Assembly: GCA_049516875.1 (NCBI GenBank)
Contig: JBEKSS010000010.1
Span: forward strand, 1-64,000
Source: Candidatus Bathyarchaeia archaeon
GTDB taxonomy: Archaea; Thermoproteota; Bathyarchaeia; Bathyarchaeales; Bathycorpusculaceae
Length of the DNA: 64,000 nt
Direction: 5' to 3'
The notes under the pieces are model-generated. The model saw only the letters and a program-made list of their open reading frames with translations. It did no database searches and had not been told where the DNA came from. The position numbers and the translations under genes are program-made. Positions 20,301 to 29,884 of the stretch are shown one piece after another (position 1 is the first letter of the stretch; every line of letters begins with the position of its first letter).

Positions 20301-22350
20301 GAGACCAGAGCTGTCCGCTCCAAGCGCTGGAGAAGTACTGAATAGCTTTCGTCAAATTGCACGTGTATTTCTCCTGCGCCGAGTTGTAGTAAGGCAATCC
20401 AGGAATAATGGGTGTCGCTGGCTGGGACGCTTCGCCGCCGAGTGCTTCTGCTATCAACTCGGTGTAGTTGAACGCGTAGGCAAAACCTTTTCTTACGTTG
20501 ATATCGGTGAAGAAGTCTGGTGATATGCCGCTTTCATTCAATGTTCCAGGTGGTAAGCCGCCAGGAACACCCATGAACGGACTTGAGGTCGAAATGTTAA
20601 AAGTGAAAAACAGTGCATCACATAAGAAACATTGTAGCGGATAAATGCACTGTACCCCAGGTTGCCCATAGACCTCATCAAACCCTGTCTGTGGAACCTG
20701 AAGAGTATCCAGTTCACCGTCCAGAAACATGTTTTTTCGGGTTTCCCAGTCACTCACTATCTTTCCAGTCACGCGCTTCAGAGAGCCAGCCGAGCCACTC
20801 GCCGGCCATCCGCCCCAGTAACCGTCGAACCTGACAAGTTGCCACTCGACCCCGGCTTCATAATAATCAAACATGAAAGGCCCAGTTCCACACATCGCAT
20901 TCGTATGCGGGCCTGGGGGATTCGTATTCTCCAAGTCAATTGCAGTCTTGGCTGGATAAGAGTATTGCAGGTTGTAGAGTGTCCAGTTGTTCCATGTTCC
21001 AGGCCAATCTCCAATCTGCGTACACCACTTCTTGCAAACGATAGACGACCATGGCGAGGCAAGGATTTGCATCAACGGCGGGTAGGGTCTTATCAAGTGA
21101 AGTGCAACGCATGTGTCATTTCTTGTTACTGCGTTGTCTATCTGTAGTCCCGTCACTGTGAAGTTTTCCCCCGGCCGATCCCGACTTGCCGTCTGGTTGA
21201 GAAGCGCTTCATACAGCATCCAAGATGGGCCAAGATAGTAGTCTATGACAAGTATCCTTTCAAGGGAGTATTCCACATCCTCAACCGTGAGGCTCTCACC
21301 GTTGTGGAACTTGACGCCTTGTCTTATCCTGAAAGTGTAGGTTAAGCTATCTGGACTGATATACCAGTCTGTTGCGAGTCTCGGAACGAATTCGTCCGTT
21401 TTTTCCTCATCGAAGGCTATCAAGGTTTCATAAACGTTTGTGATGAGCCCCAAGCTAGCTGTATCATAAGCGCAAGCAGGGTCTAAGGTCAATGGACCGG
21501 ACGAGTAACCCACTACCATATGGTTGAAGATTGTGAAGTTGGCGGTCCATGGACTCATCAGGGGATAACCGTCTTTGTTGTTGGAGTCTATGACGTAGGG
21601 CGTGTCCCCTACGCCGTCTGAACCTGTTTCGTTCTGAAAAGGACCGCTCTTGACGTCGGTGCCATTATAATCACTCCAGTAGTTTCCACACCAAGGATAA
21701 CCTTCATCATAAACGTTGCCCGAGCCAGGATAAACGATGTCTACCTGCCTGTTAGTGCTTCTAACGAAGTTGTTGTGGACTATTGTGTTGTTAAATGAAG
21801 CGTCGACTAGTATGCCGTCGTAGTTGGTCGTTATGTTGTTCTTTGAGATCACATTATATGAAGAACAGTTCATCAGGATACCCGCGTAGGTACTGTTTAT
21901 CACGTTGTTTCCAGAAATAGTGTTGTTGGATGAGCCGCCCAGACAAACCCCGATTTGATTGTGTATCAGGCAATTCTCCAGCACCAAGTTAGGAGAAGTC
22001 ACAGACAGCATCACACCATATTGAAAATCAACGATGTATGTGTCTTCCAGGGTCACGTTGGAAACGGCACTTAAGTCGATACCCGTTCCGTTTCCTGCAC
22101 CTTGAACTGTGAAGCCATTGCCGTGGAAGAGTATGTTGTTTCTCTGAATAACAATCGAGCTACTCGTGTTGTTCATAAGAAGGTAGGTTATGTCGTTGGA
22201 TGTTGAAATGGGTGCAGTTGGCGGGTTTATGCTTCCGTCAGCCCTGATGTAGATTGTACCGGCTGCTCCAACTGGCGAAACCTCAAGTGCAAACAGCACA
22301 TTCAACATCAACAATGACAGCATCACAACTGCTATCAGTCTTCTATTCAA
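17392..22350 (-). CDS. 1652-aa secreted multidomain protein: NosD-like beta-helix, family-5 ABC solute-binding domain, PQQ-type beta-propeller, beta-helix, CARDB-like domain, dockerin-like domain
   Basis: Signal peptide; GNYWSDY; TLDPA..YETL..PRLA..FHNG; eight SSPAV.DG.VYVGS-type repeats; C-terminal GDV..DGITNMKD..ADVNNDGLCNMKD. Confidence 0.88.
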   Translation of the reverse strand: MNRRLIAVVMLSLLMLNVLFALEVSPVGAAGTIYIRADGSINPPTAPISTSNDITYLLMNNTSSSIVIQRNNILFHGNGFTVQGAGNGTGIDLSAVSNVTLEDTYIVDFQYGVMLSVTSPNLVLENCLIHNQIGVCLGGSSNNTISGNNVINSTYAGILMNCSSYNVISKNNITTNYDGILVDASFNNTIVHNNFVRSTNRQVDIVYPGSGNVYDEGYPWCGNYWSDYNGTDVKSGPFQNETGSDGVGDTPYVIDSNNKDGYPLMSPWTANFTIFNHMVVGYSSGPLTLDPACAYDTASLGLITNVYETLIAFDEEKTDEFVPRLATDWYISPDSLTYTFRIRQGVKFHNGESLTVEDVEYSLERILVIDYYLGPSWMLYEALLNQTASRDRPGENFTVTGLQIDNAVTRNDTCVALHLIRPYPPLMQILASPWSSIVCKKWCTQIGDWPGTWNNWTLYNLQYSYPAKTAIDLENTNPPGPHTNAMCGTGPFMFDYYEAGVEWQLVRFDGYWGGWPASGSAGSLKRVTGKIVSDWETRKNMFLDGELDTLQVPQTGFDEVYGQPGVQCIYPLQCFLCDALFFTFNISTSSPFMGVPGGLPPGTLNESGISPDFFTDINVRKGFAYAFNYTELIAEALGGEASQPATPIIPGLPYYNSAQEKYTCNLTKAIQYFSSAWSGQLWSHGFNFTMCYNAYNVLAQVGSAVRQKACEIMKAEVESLNPKFHIQIQPLDWPDYRNNAVNSRLPIFDIGWLADFPDPDDFAEGFMYSVSPYGTFAPMQSYSNSTIDSLVEQGISTMNETARRQIYYQLQSVYHDDCPSVPTYQPLGYRFQRDWVQGWHSNTLNDEWFSIDYFYSEWKGNTSVSSRFSWDMFHHDVTHTGCGDGPAPETNRTQWDFTTGDAVASSPAVVDGRVYVGSNDHRVYCFDANNGTLLWNYTTGYLVTSSPAVCNGKVYVGSQDGLFYCLDALSGAQVWNFTAAGGSIISSPTVSDNRVYFGSTDDDDRMYCLDASTGLQIWNFTRGRSFNSSPAIYSGNVYCTSGDGNIFCLDALSGSLVWNRTIGAYVDSSPAAVNGKVYVGSDDGKLYCMNAYNGSVSWTYATGHVTSSPAVADGKVYVASLSGRLYCLDAMSGAHVWDYHAVCNFTSSPAVADGKVYVGDWNGSMSLVHCFNASTGSQVWSYGTGENVQSSPAVADGLVFIGSDNGKMYAFGNVIRVPEDYGTVQAAINAAAPGATIWIAPGVYHESIIINKTITLIGKPGSEPIFNGGGSGIAITIVSSGSGSIIAGITITSWDQGIIVQDAASCQIYDNIMSLINNNGVVLQGTGAVSNQVCGNMFEQDAVAVDVTSSSSSNVISQNIISLSSIGLRIETSGNTICENMITENQLGITIVNSNNNAIYHNDFMDNTIAFQLSASTSPGNTWDNGYPSGGNYWSTWTGPDKNSGPNQNILGVSDGIVDTPYTVAVNNKDNYPLAKPFQLHNVGIAYVALGKTVVGRGYCCNITLIIVDYGLCGETFNMAIWVSQLRIDLQQVVLADRSSTEINFTWDTTGLLYGNYTVDSVADVVPDETLTADNNYVFNVPVHVGVPGDVSGTTPGVYDGITNMKDVAYLVSLFNTKPSSPNWMPNADVNNDGLCNMKDIAVAVYFFNQRE

Positions 22351-22591
22351 TGCTACTCCCCTTTCAACTAGTTAATAATGCATTACTCACACTATTAAGT
22401 TTTCAGAAACATTGTTCTATTGAATCAAAACTTCAGCATTCGATTCCACACTTGTATCTTTCGCACCTTTTCTCCAACTCATTTGAGGCTAACCGAGGTT
22501 CAACCCCGTTTGGCTAGAACTCCGAATTCTTATATTCTAGACACACCAAAGAAATACTATGCAGTAAACCTCCGTAATTTGGTTGAAGACT

Positions 22592-25500
22592 ATGAGGAGA
22601 ATTTTTCTTTCATTCTTGATTTGCCTATTCCTGCTGCAATCTATTTCCATCACACACTCTGAGAGTTCTCGATCCAGCTACGCCGAACAAACCCCATTAC
22701 CAGTCAGTGAAACTTCCAACAATCTAAATTCCACCCATGCTGGAGCTGATCGGTCCATTGCCAAGTCTTCTCAAGAGAATTCAACGGGCAATTTTCAAGG
22801 GGGGGACCAGATGATGCGTCTTTCCTCTCTTTCCGGTCTCCCTGCGTTCAGTCGACATCTAATGTGCAAGGATCATTCTATCGTCTATTATGGAGGGCGC
22901 GTGGATTATGATCCAATTGAACCCACAACTGTTTTTAGTCCAAGTGATACTAAGGCGGAATTCTTGACAAGCGTTTCATTAAATGAAAATGAAATAGTCG
23001 AATGGCAGTGGTATTACAGAAATGATTCATCGAAAGGCTGGGTCAACTGCTCCCTTCCCTATGACGAAAGACACTATACTGCACCAAGCGATGGTGATTG
23101 GGCGGTCGAGGGACATCTCGACATAGCAGGATACTGGCCAGGGGTATACTACCCTAGAGCATACAGAGTTGATTTCTACTGTTTGAACAATTCTTTCTCA
23201 TTTTCAGAGTTTTTTGAGGTAACCAACGGCGGGGTAGACAGCCCTCGCGTGTGTGAAAGTGTTGATGCAAACGGAACCGCTGTGAACACGAAATCACGGT
23301 TCACCGTAGGCGTTGACACACAAGTCTGTGACTACTTGAGGTTTGACAACGTGGCATACTTCAACGAAGAGACTGGAAACAGTCACAACTTCACAACCGT
23401 GTGGATTCAACCAGACGGCACAATCTACAAGACTCATTCGTGCGTCTTCCCAGACTACAAAGTCACGGATATCAACAGGAATTACTGGAATTACGCGTTA
23501 ATTCGTGACGATTCCATCCCAATCGACTCAAGCACTCCTGTTGGAAACTGGAGAGTCGAAGTCTACATGGACAGCTACCTCAATGATACATGGACACCAT
23601 ACGGACCCATCGCAACCACGCCTTTCATCATTGGAAACCTGTCCGTCCCACACTGGACGTTCATGGTCTATCTTGACTCAGACAACAGCCTGGCAAACGT
23701 CACTGTAGGCTATCCACCACAAGTCCATGATCTCGGTGTTGACGTTTTCCTGGATTTGGCGAGCGTGAACTCCTCATCTGACATTAACATAGTCGTTCAG
23801 CTGGATAGGGGGCCCAGTTCAGACGTGAGATACGGCAACTGGACCGGATGCAAACGCTTCAACATCAAGAATGGCATGACGCCAACCCCTGAAAACGCGG
23901 TCCAAGATTTAGGGGATGTCGACATGGGAGACCCAAATGCGCTGAAGGATTTTGTCAACTGGACGATTAACAACTACCCATCGGAACACTTGTTCTTGGT
24001 TCTCTGGGATCATGGAAGTGGCTGCATGGGTGTTTGCTACGATGTAACGAGTGGAGGCGACTATTTGTCCCTCCCAAAAATCACCGAAGCCTTTACAGGA
24101 ATCCCAGCAATCATAGACGACGTGCTCATAGACGCCTGCGACATGAGCATGCTAGAGGTGGCTTACCAGATTAAAGATTCCGCGAACATCCTAATCGGTC
24201 CCGAAGGACTCGGCTACGCCCCAGCACCTTACAATGATTATCTTAACAGCCTGTCAAACAACACATCCATGTCACCCAACGCATTTGCCCAAGAAATAGT
24301 CACAGACTACTTGCATTGGTGTTACAGAACCCCCGAGATCCAGAATGCAACAATGACAGCGACAGACCTGACCAAGATGACCAGTCTCACAGCAACAGTC
24401 GACGATTTCGCTACAACCTTGAAGGAAAAAGAAACCCTCTACCATGAGCAGATAAGCTCGGCTAGGAGCATGACTGAAGGATGCCCAGGACCCTACGCTT
24501 ACTCTAACGGAACATACCAAACCGGATACTTCATTGATCTTTACAACTTCACATGGCAGATATATGGAAATGTGCCGGACCAAGAGCTCAAGAACGCTTC
24601 TGACAAAGTGATGACAGCAATAAAGAACGCAGTAATCAAGGAGATCGACGTGAACGATCCAGGAACTAATGGTCTGGCAGTGTTTTTCCCTGATGAAAAA
24701 GGAAAGTATGTCTCTTTTGCAGCTCTTTACGGGGATATGGCATTCGCATTGGAAACGCCGTGGGATGAGCTTGTGAAGTACCACCTGTCTGGGTTCGTCT
24801 TAACCGTACAGACAGGTTATCCAGACATGCCAGTCAAGGTTGACGAAGACGTTTATAACACCACGGCTGAAGGAGAAATTCCTGTGTTCCTCCAACCCGG
24901 CACGCACACAGTTAATGTCACTGCAGTCTTTTTACCTGAACCTGATTCGCAAGTAGTGTTTGTCCAATGGAAAGATAATGGCAACACGTCAAATGTGAGA
25001 ACTTTTTCGCTAGACGGAACAATGACGGTAGAAGCTGAATATGAAACACAATACCTACTGATAATCGAGAAAAACTTCGGTACAACAGATCCACCTCAAG
25101 GCAGATACTGGTGCAACGCCACTTATACCGAGAAAATCACCGCAACACCCCCCAGCACTACATCAGGGGAGAAATATGACTGGGTTGGATGGGCACAAAC
25201 GGATTCTGGAAACCCGAACACAGACAATCCAATTTCAATTCTCGTGGATAGGCCCGTCAACGTGACCGCCGAATGGAACCACAAATATTCTCTAACAGTC
25301 ACTTCTTCATATGGCAATCCTGATCCACCCAGCGGATGGTTTGAAGCTGGAAAAACCATCACGGAATCGGTAGCCTCACCCATTTCAGAACTAAGTAGCA
25401 CTCAATATGTATGCACCGGATGGATTGGAAACGGAAGCATTCCAGCTTCTGGAACTTCTGCAGCGACCAGCTTCATCCTGAACACGTCATCAAGCATACA

Positions 25501-26119
25501 GTGGAATTGGAAAACTCAATATCTCTTGACAGTGCACACGGATCCAAATGGACTGAACCCACAGCCAAGCATCTCTCCCGCAGGATCCTGGTACGACAAC
25601 GACACCAAAGTTACCCTCACAGCACAGCAGATAAACGGGTACGCGTTTCAGCAATGGTCCACTGAGGGCGCAAGCTGGGACGTAGGAGTCAACCCTATAA
25701 ACATCACAATGGACGAACCCTCCGACCTCACAGCTCACTATGTTCGCGCGCAGGCTTGGTGGCAGATCTTAGTCCGTACAGACGTAATATCAGCAATCCT
25801 CGGGCTTCTTGGCACCGTAGTAACCGTCGGCTTGGTTGGAGGCGCATGGTTCAGGTCCCGCAAAAGAAGAGACATCGTCAAAGCATTCCTAGCTGAGATC
25901 GACGATGTTTACTCAAGGCTTAGGACAGATCCAAAGAAGTGTGAGGAAGAACTCTACACGCTACGAAACACTATCTTGGAAGGGTTAACCGAAGGCAAAA
26001 TGACTGAGGATAACTACGCGATTCTGGACAACAGAATAGACAAATACGTAAATGAGCTCGCGGAAAAACAAGAAGACAAACGTATATCCGGGGAAAAGCG
26101 TGCCAAGGGGAAAGAATAA
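22592..26119 (+). CDS. Membrane-anchored clostripain-family (C11) cysteine peptidase with beta-sandwich repeats
   Basis: Signal peptide, WTFMVYLDSDNSL, WDHGSG (His), DACDM (Cys), and a C-terminal TM helix. Confidence 0.88.
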   Translation: MRRIFLSFLICLFLLQSISITHSESSRSSYAEQTPLPVSETSNNLNSTHAGADRSIAKSSQENSTGNFQGGDQMMRLSSLSGLPAFSRHLMCKDHSIVYYGGRVDYDPIEPTTVFSPSDTKAEFLTSVSLNENEIVEWQWYYRNDSSKGWVNCSLPYDERHYTAPSDGDWAVEGHLDIAGYWPGVYYPRAYRVDFYCLNNSFSFSEFFEVTNGGVDSPRVCESVDANGTAVNTKSRFTVGVDTQVCDYLRFDNVAYFNEETGNSHNFTTVWIQPDGTIYKTHSCVFPDYKVTDINRNYWNYALIRDDSIPIDSSTPVGNWRVEVYMDSYLNDTWTPYGPIATTPFIIGNLSVPHWTFMVYLDSDNSLANVTVGYPPQVHDLGVDVFLDLASVNSSSDINIVVQLDRGPSSDVRYGNWTGCKRFNIKNGMTPTPENAVQDLGDVDMGDPNALKDFVNWTINNYPSEHLFLVLWDHGSGCMGVCYDVTSGGDYLSLPKITEAFTGIPAIIDDVLIDACDMSMLEVAYQIKDSANILIGPEGLGYAPAPYNDYLNSLSNNTSMSPNAFAQEIVTDYLHWCYRTPEIQNATMTATDLTKMTSLTATVDDFATTLKEKETLYHEQISSARSMTEGCPGPYAYSNGTYQTGYFIDLYNFTWQIYGNVPDQELKNASDKVMTAIKNAVIKEIDVNDPGTNGLAVFFPDEKGKYVSFAALYGDMAFALETPWDELVKYHLSGFVLTVQTGYPDMPVKVDEDVYNTTAEGEIPVFLQPGTHTVNVTAVFLPEPDSQVVFVQWKDNGNTSNVRTFSLDGTMTVEAEYETQYLLIIEKNFGTTDPPQGRYWCNATYTEKITATPPSTTSGEKYDWVGWAQTDSGNPNTDNPISILVDRPVNVTAEWNHKYSLTVTSSYGNPDPPSGWFEAGKTITESVASPISELSSTQYVCTGWIGNGSIPASGTSAATSFILNTSSSIQWNWKTQYLLTVHTDPNGLNPQPSISPAGSWYDNDTKVTLTAQQINGYAFQQWSTEGASWDVGVNPINITMDEPSDLTAHYVRAQAWWQILVRTDVISAILGLLGTVVTVGLVGGAWFRSRKRRDIVKAFLAEIDDVYSRLRTDPKKCEEELYTLRNTILEGLTEGKMTEDNYAILDNRIDKYVNELAEKQEDKRISGEKRAKGKE

Positions 26120-26277
26120 AAGAATAGTTTGTGGCAATGTTTCGGAGCGCCTTTGAATTGTGTTCTCCAATGTAAGCTGCAAGCGATAGGGTAGGATTTG
26201 CATCTGGCACCCGCACGCGCTAGACTATAAACTCAAAACTCGTACCATCAAGCCAAATTACGCTGAAAACCATAAGC

Positions 26278-26481
26278 TCACTGGGTAAGTACAAGCGGAC
26301 CAAGCTTAAGAATCACTGTACCCTCAATCTCCAAAAAACATAGAACATCCCCCGGCTTAAGCCCAAACTTCCTTCTAACCTCTGTTGGCACAGTTATCTG
26401 ACCCCGAGCCGTCATTTTAGATTGACCTCGAAAAACTGCTTCCACAGTTTCTTCCGCCTCGGTTTTGGTATCCCGCTTCAT
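26278..26481 (-). CDS. AbrB/MazE/SpoVT-family DNA-binding protein
   Basis: KMTARGQITVPTEVRRKFGLKPGD; GGAGG upstream. Confidence 0.88.
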   Translation of the reverse strand: MKRDTKTEAEETVEAVFRGQSKMTARGQITVPTEVRRKFGLKPGDVLCFLEIEGTVILKLGPLVLTQ

Positions 26482-26641
26482 TTTCGGATAACAACCTCCT
26501 GCACATCTATTTGTTATATATCGGATATCGGTAAGAAAAATCTTACTGTCGCGTCTATGCCTTGATCTTCAAACAATCTCTTAAATGAAACTGAAACATA
26601 TATGAAGCATGTCAAAATTGTTTCCTTGGAGGTGAAAGTGA

Positions 26642-26977
26642 ATGGAAGAAAAAAAGGATGTTAAGCCCGAAGAAAAAGTAGTTAGAGTTTTTCCCAAACT
26701 CAGAGAGCCAACGTTCGCGCGCGCGCCGGCCATACATCCGACAATGAAGCCCACCATGAAGCCGACAATGAAGCCCACCATGAAGCCGACAATGAAGCCC
26801 ACCATGAAGCCGACAATGAAGCCCACCATGAAGCCGACAATGAAGCCCACCATGAAGCCCCCACCAAGACAGCCTAATAAACACCATAATTCCAGTGAGG
26901 ATTGCATGTCACCTGCCCTTTTAAGGGCCTTCTCCTCTTTTTGTATATTCACGAGGGGGCCAAAATATCCCCTGTAG
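26642..26977 (+). CDS. Small protein with ten tandem PTMK repeats (candidate precursor peptide)
   Basis: RBS GGAGGTG at 26628 then ATG; charged leader of about 32 aa followed by (PTMK)10. Confidence 0.72.
   Translation: MEEKKDVKPEEKVVRVFPKLREPTFARAPAIHPTMKPTMKPTMKPTMKPTMKPTMKPTMKPTMKPTMKPTMKPPPRQPNKHHNSSEDCMSPALLRAFSSFCIFTRGPKYPL
26738..26857 (+). repeat. Perfect tandem repeat, 5 x 24 bp (two 12-bp synonymous variants)
   Basis: CCGACAATGAAGCCCACCATGAAG x5. Confidence 0.97.
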
Positions 26978-29762
26978 TGACATACCCATAAATTGCTTCT
27001 GTCCAGGCTAGTGTGAGCAGATGAATTCGATCAAAAGCTTCGCTGGGATATTTTGAAACTCTGCGAAATGATCTCCACATACGATAAAATGTGAACCAGT
27101 AAAGCGCTTGTGCGATCAACGCAATTGAAAGCATCGGAATCCACAGTGTCGCAAGAGGCAACAGAAAACCGAAAGCAGCAAGCAAGACCGAAATGGCAAT
27201 TATGGCCGGGTAAACCTTGAGCATTTTGTGCTTCTTCTGGTCGGTTTCAGCCTTTCTTTTCCCAAGCTCATCTTCGACGTGCTTTCTGATTCTATCAACT
27301 TCTTTGCACACGGCTTTACATCCTTTTCGAAAATCTTTTATCCTGCTAGGCAATGCTTCAAGGTTTTCAAGGTTGACGTTGAACGTCGCATCCAGCAATC
27401 CGATCTCAAAATTGTCAGACGGTTTTATCGCGTCACGCACTTCTCGGAGGCTCTGATTCAACCTCGAAAGGGTGTTTTCAGATCCTTGAATATACTTTTC
27501 GACCAATTCTTGGTTTTCCCCAAATTCTGAAAGATCATTGGCCAAGACCGTCAACTCGCCAGTGCTCATCTCCTTCATTTCTCTGGCCTCTGGAAGACGT
27601 ACCTTGTTCAATGCATAAAGCGTGTAACACGTTTCTGTGAGCAGATTGTCCAGGTAGCCAGACCAGGTTTCGGCCACAAAGTAAGGCGCGAATATGTGAA
27701 GTTTCTTTTCTAACTGCTCCGTTCTTCCCACAAACGTGATGCGGCTTTTGATGGGTTGAAAGACCGCGACTACCTGGTATTCTTGAGGTTGAGCAAGACT
27801 TTCCTTCAACCCCATCTCAGTCTCCTCCGCCAGTTCGGCCAGCGAGTCAAAACCGTAGACGTTGCGTTTTTTGAAGTTTTCGCAGTCGCCATGAAGATCT
27901 GTCAACGTCAAATCCTCTAGAAGCATGGCTGGCACTATTTCCCTCTGAATCTCATATTCATGGGCAGGCTGCACCTCTATCGTCCACACTGTTCCAAACG
28001 CCGAAGTGAGCAAGTACAAAATAGCGTCTTTCTGCTTCTCCTCACAAGCTTTAACGACTGCAAGAGCTCCAGAATTGCCTGAACTGGCAGACTCAGCCGC
28101 TACCTGCTCGAGCAGTCTTGTCAACTTCATCTTCGCGGGAGAATTAATCCCTATTGACTTTTGTAGTCCATCTTTATGATCCAAAATTAGCTTCATATAA
28201 GCTGCGCTGAACTCGTCTTCCACACGTTTAAGGCTATCTCTAATCTGAGTGAAGGCTAAGCTCGCCCCACCCATTCTCAAGACTGCAACACATGAACGTC
28301 CTGCTTGTCTTATTTCAAAGTCATGCGTGAACTTTTTCGCGGTTTTTTCCATCCTGCTTCTCAGGTTGTTAGCAAGCGATTCAGGAGCCTGTGGCGGTAA
28401 ATATGCGAAAACAGAAAGGGTGCGGTTATGTATTGCCTCGATTCGAAGAGGCTTCTTGGCTGCTTTTTTGGCGGCCATCAAGAAAAACGAGCCGTACCCG
28501 AGAACTTGCATTCCAAAGTAAACCACAGATACCAGAGCGATCACCACTGCTGCTGCAGAAAGCGCCTGAGACGTCCAAACGGCATGAAGAATTTTGGCAA
28601 GAGAAACTGTGAAGTCTTGGCTCATATAAATGAGGAAAAGTGCTGTCTGAAACACGATGTATATTATCCAACCTACGGACAGCATTGTGTAACCAACCAT
28701 AATGTTTTTTTTGCGCCTTGTCATTCCAGTGGCTTTCAACTTCTTTGCTCCGAAAACTCGCTTAATGAGCGAACCCACGTATTCGTAGGACTCGGGGCGC
28801 AAGTTCGGCATGTTCAGCGCGTCTGACAGGACTCCGTATCCGTCCGTTTCGAATGGCGGGGCGAAGTTGAACAAGGCCATGTCGAAGCAGTAGAAGGCAA
28901 CCATCGTCACAATCAGCGCAGCGGGTTGTGGAAATGTTACAAACAGGAGAATGAAAACAACAATAGATCCTATAAGAAGGGTACTTATGTTGCCCGCCAA
29001 GCTAACCATTAATCTCTGTCTTTTCTTGAGAGTGCAAACATCTGTAACTTCTGTGTAGAACATGGGACCAAAATAGAAGAGCCCTGTACCCATTTCTCCA
29101 GGCTCTCCGCCATAATGAACGAGAGCCAGCCCGTGGGAGATTTCGTGGATTGCAATAACAGGTGCGAGTGCTACGAAATAATAGAAGAAGAAGCCTACAA
29201 CAGATGATCCAAGGATCTGGAAGTTTGATTTGTTGCCGAAGATGGAGACGAATCTGCCTGCAAACAGCACAGCGCCCATAATTATAAAAATAACTGTCGC
29301 CCACAGCAAAGGTTTCTTGAAGATTGGATGAAGCTTATCGTGGATTGATTGAAGAAATTTGTTACTCTGCTCGATCAATGTGTAGTCAATCTGAAAGCTC
29401 GACATCACTTTGAACCTTTTCTTCTTCATTGGTCCGAGACTCGATACCAACAGGTTGGCGTCGGCGAAAAACAGTAGCAAGCCCATGACATCATCTTCTT
29501 TGACTTTGGGGTTCCGGTTTTGAGCTTCTGCAACGATTTCTTTCACAGTTCTTTTTCCATCGGTCAAAGTCCAGATTAGGTTTGTTAATTCGTCTGATTC
29601 ATAGTACAATCCGGTGGTGTGGTTCTTCATGACGTAGGAGGTTTTACCATCCACTACCATGTTGGTCTTGACACTGACTTTCGAAGAAGGGACTGGTACA
29701 AATTCTGGATTGTAATTAATCTCGTACATCAAGTCCGTCTTAGATGATGACTCTTTACTCAA
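26949..29762 (-). CDS. RRE/PqqD-like domain fused to an M50 intramembrane zinc protease with a long coiled-coil C-terminus
   Basis: IWTLTDGKRTVKEIV...LL.FFADANLL (PqqD-like), IHEISHG (HExxH), FNFAPPFETDGY (NxxPxxxxDG), multiple TM helices. Confidence 0.82.
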   Translation of the reverse strand: MSKESSSKTDLMYEINYNPEFVPVPSSKVSVKTNMVVDGKTSYVMKNHTTGLYYESDELTNLIWTLTDGKRTVKEIVAEAQNRNPKVKEDDVMGLLLFFADANLLVSSLGPMKKKRFKVMSSFQIDYTLIEQSNKFLQSIHDKLHPIFKKPLLWATVIFIIMGAVLFAGRFVSIFGNKSNFQILGSSVVGFFFYYFVALAPVIAIHEISHGLALVHYGGEPGEMGTGLFYFGPMFYTEVTDVCTLKKRQRLMVSLAGNISTLLIGSIVVFILLFVTFPQPAALIVTMVAFYCFDMALFNFAPPFETDGYGVLSDALNMPNLRPESYEYVGSLIKRVFGAKKLKATGMTRRKKNIMVGYTMLSVGWIIYIVFQTALFLIYMSQDFTVSLAKILHAVWTSQALSAAAVVIALVSVVYFGMQVLGYGSFFLMAAKKAAKKPLRIEAIHNRTLSVFAYLPPQAPESLANNLRSRMEKTAKKFTHDFEIRQAGRSCVAVLRMGGASLAFTQIRDSLKRVEDEFSAAYMKLILDHKDGLQKSIGINSPAKMKLTRLLEQVAAESASSGNSGALAVVKACEEKQKDAILYLLTSAFGTVWTIEVQPAHEYEIQREIVPAMLLEDLTLTDLHGDCENFKKRNVYGFDSLAELAEETEMGLKESLAQPQEYQVVAVFQPIKSRITFVGRTEQLEKKLHIFAPYFVAETWSGYLDNLLTETCYTLYALNKVRLPEAREMKEMSTGELTVLANDLSEFGENQELVEKYIQGSENTLSRLNQSLREVRDAIKPSDNFEIGLLDATFNVNLENLEALPSRIKDFRKGCKAVCKEVDRIRKHVEDELGKRKAETDQKKHKMLKVYPAIIAISVLLAAFGFLLPLATLWIPMLSIALIAQALYWFTFYRMWRSFRRVSKYPSEAFDRIHLLTLAWTEAIYGYVTTGDILAPS

Positions 29763-29884
29763 GACTCCAACTTCTCTCCCAAATCAATTGAAATATGACC
29801 AGTGAGATATTTATGCTATTTTCCATGTTGTGGTACTAGTAATTATTATTTAGATAGATTTATAACACTTAAATAACTATTTGT

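Noticed and set aside
26738-26857. Possible CRISPR array
   Set aside because: Head-to-tail repeats without spacers and no cas genes.
26581-26952. Minus-strand repeat ORFs (GFMVGFIV)n and (LHGGLHCR)n
   Set aside because: No clear RBS. Unit variation is non-synonymous in these frames but synonymous in the plus-strand PTMK frame.
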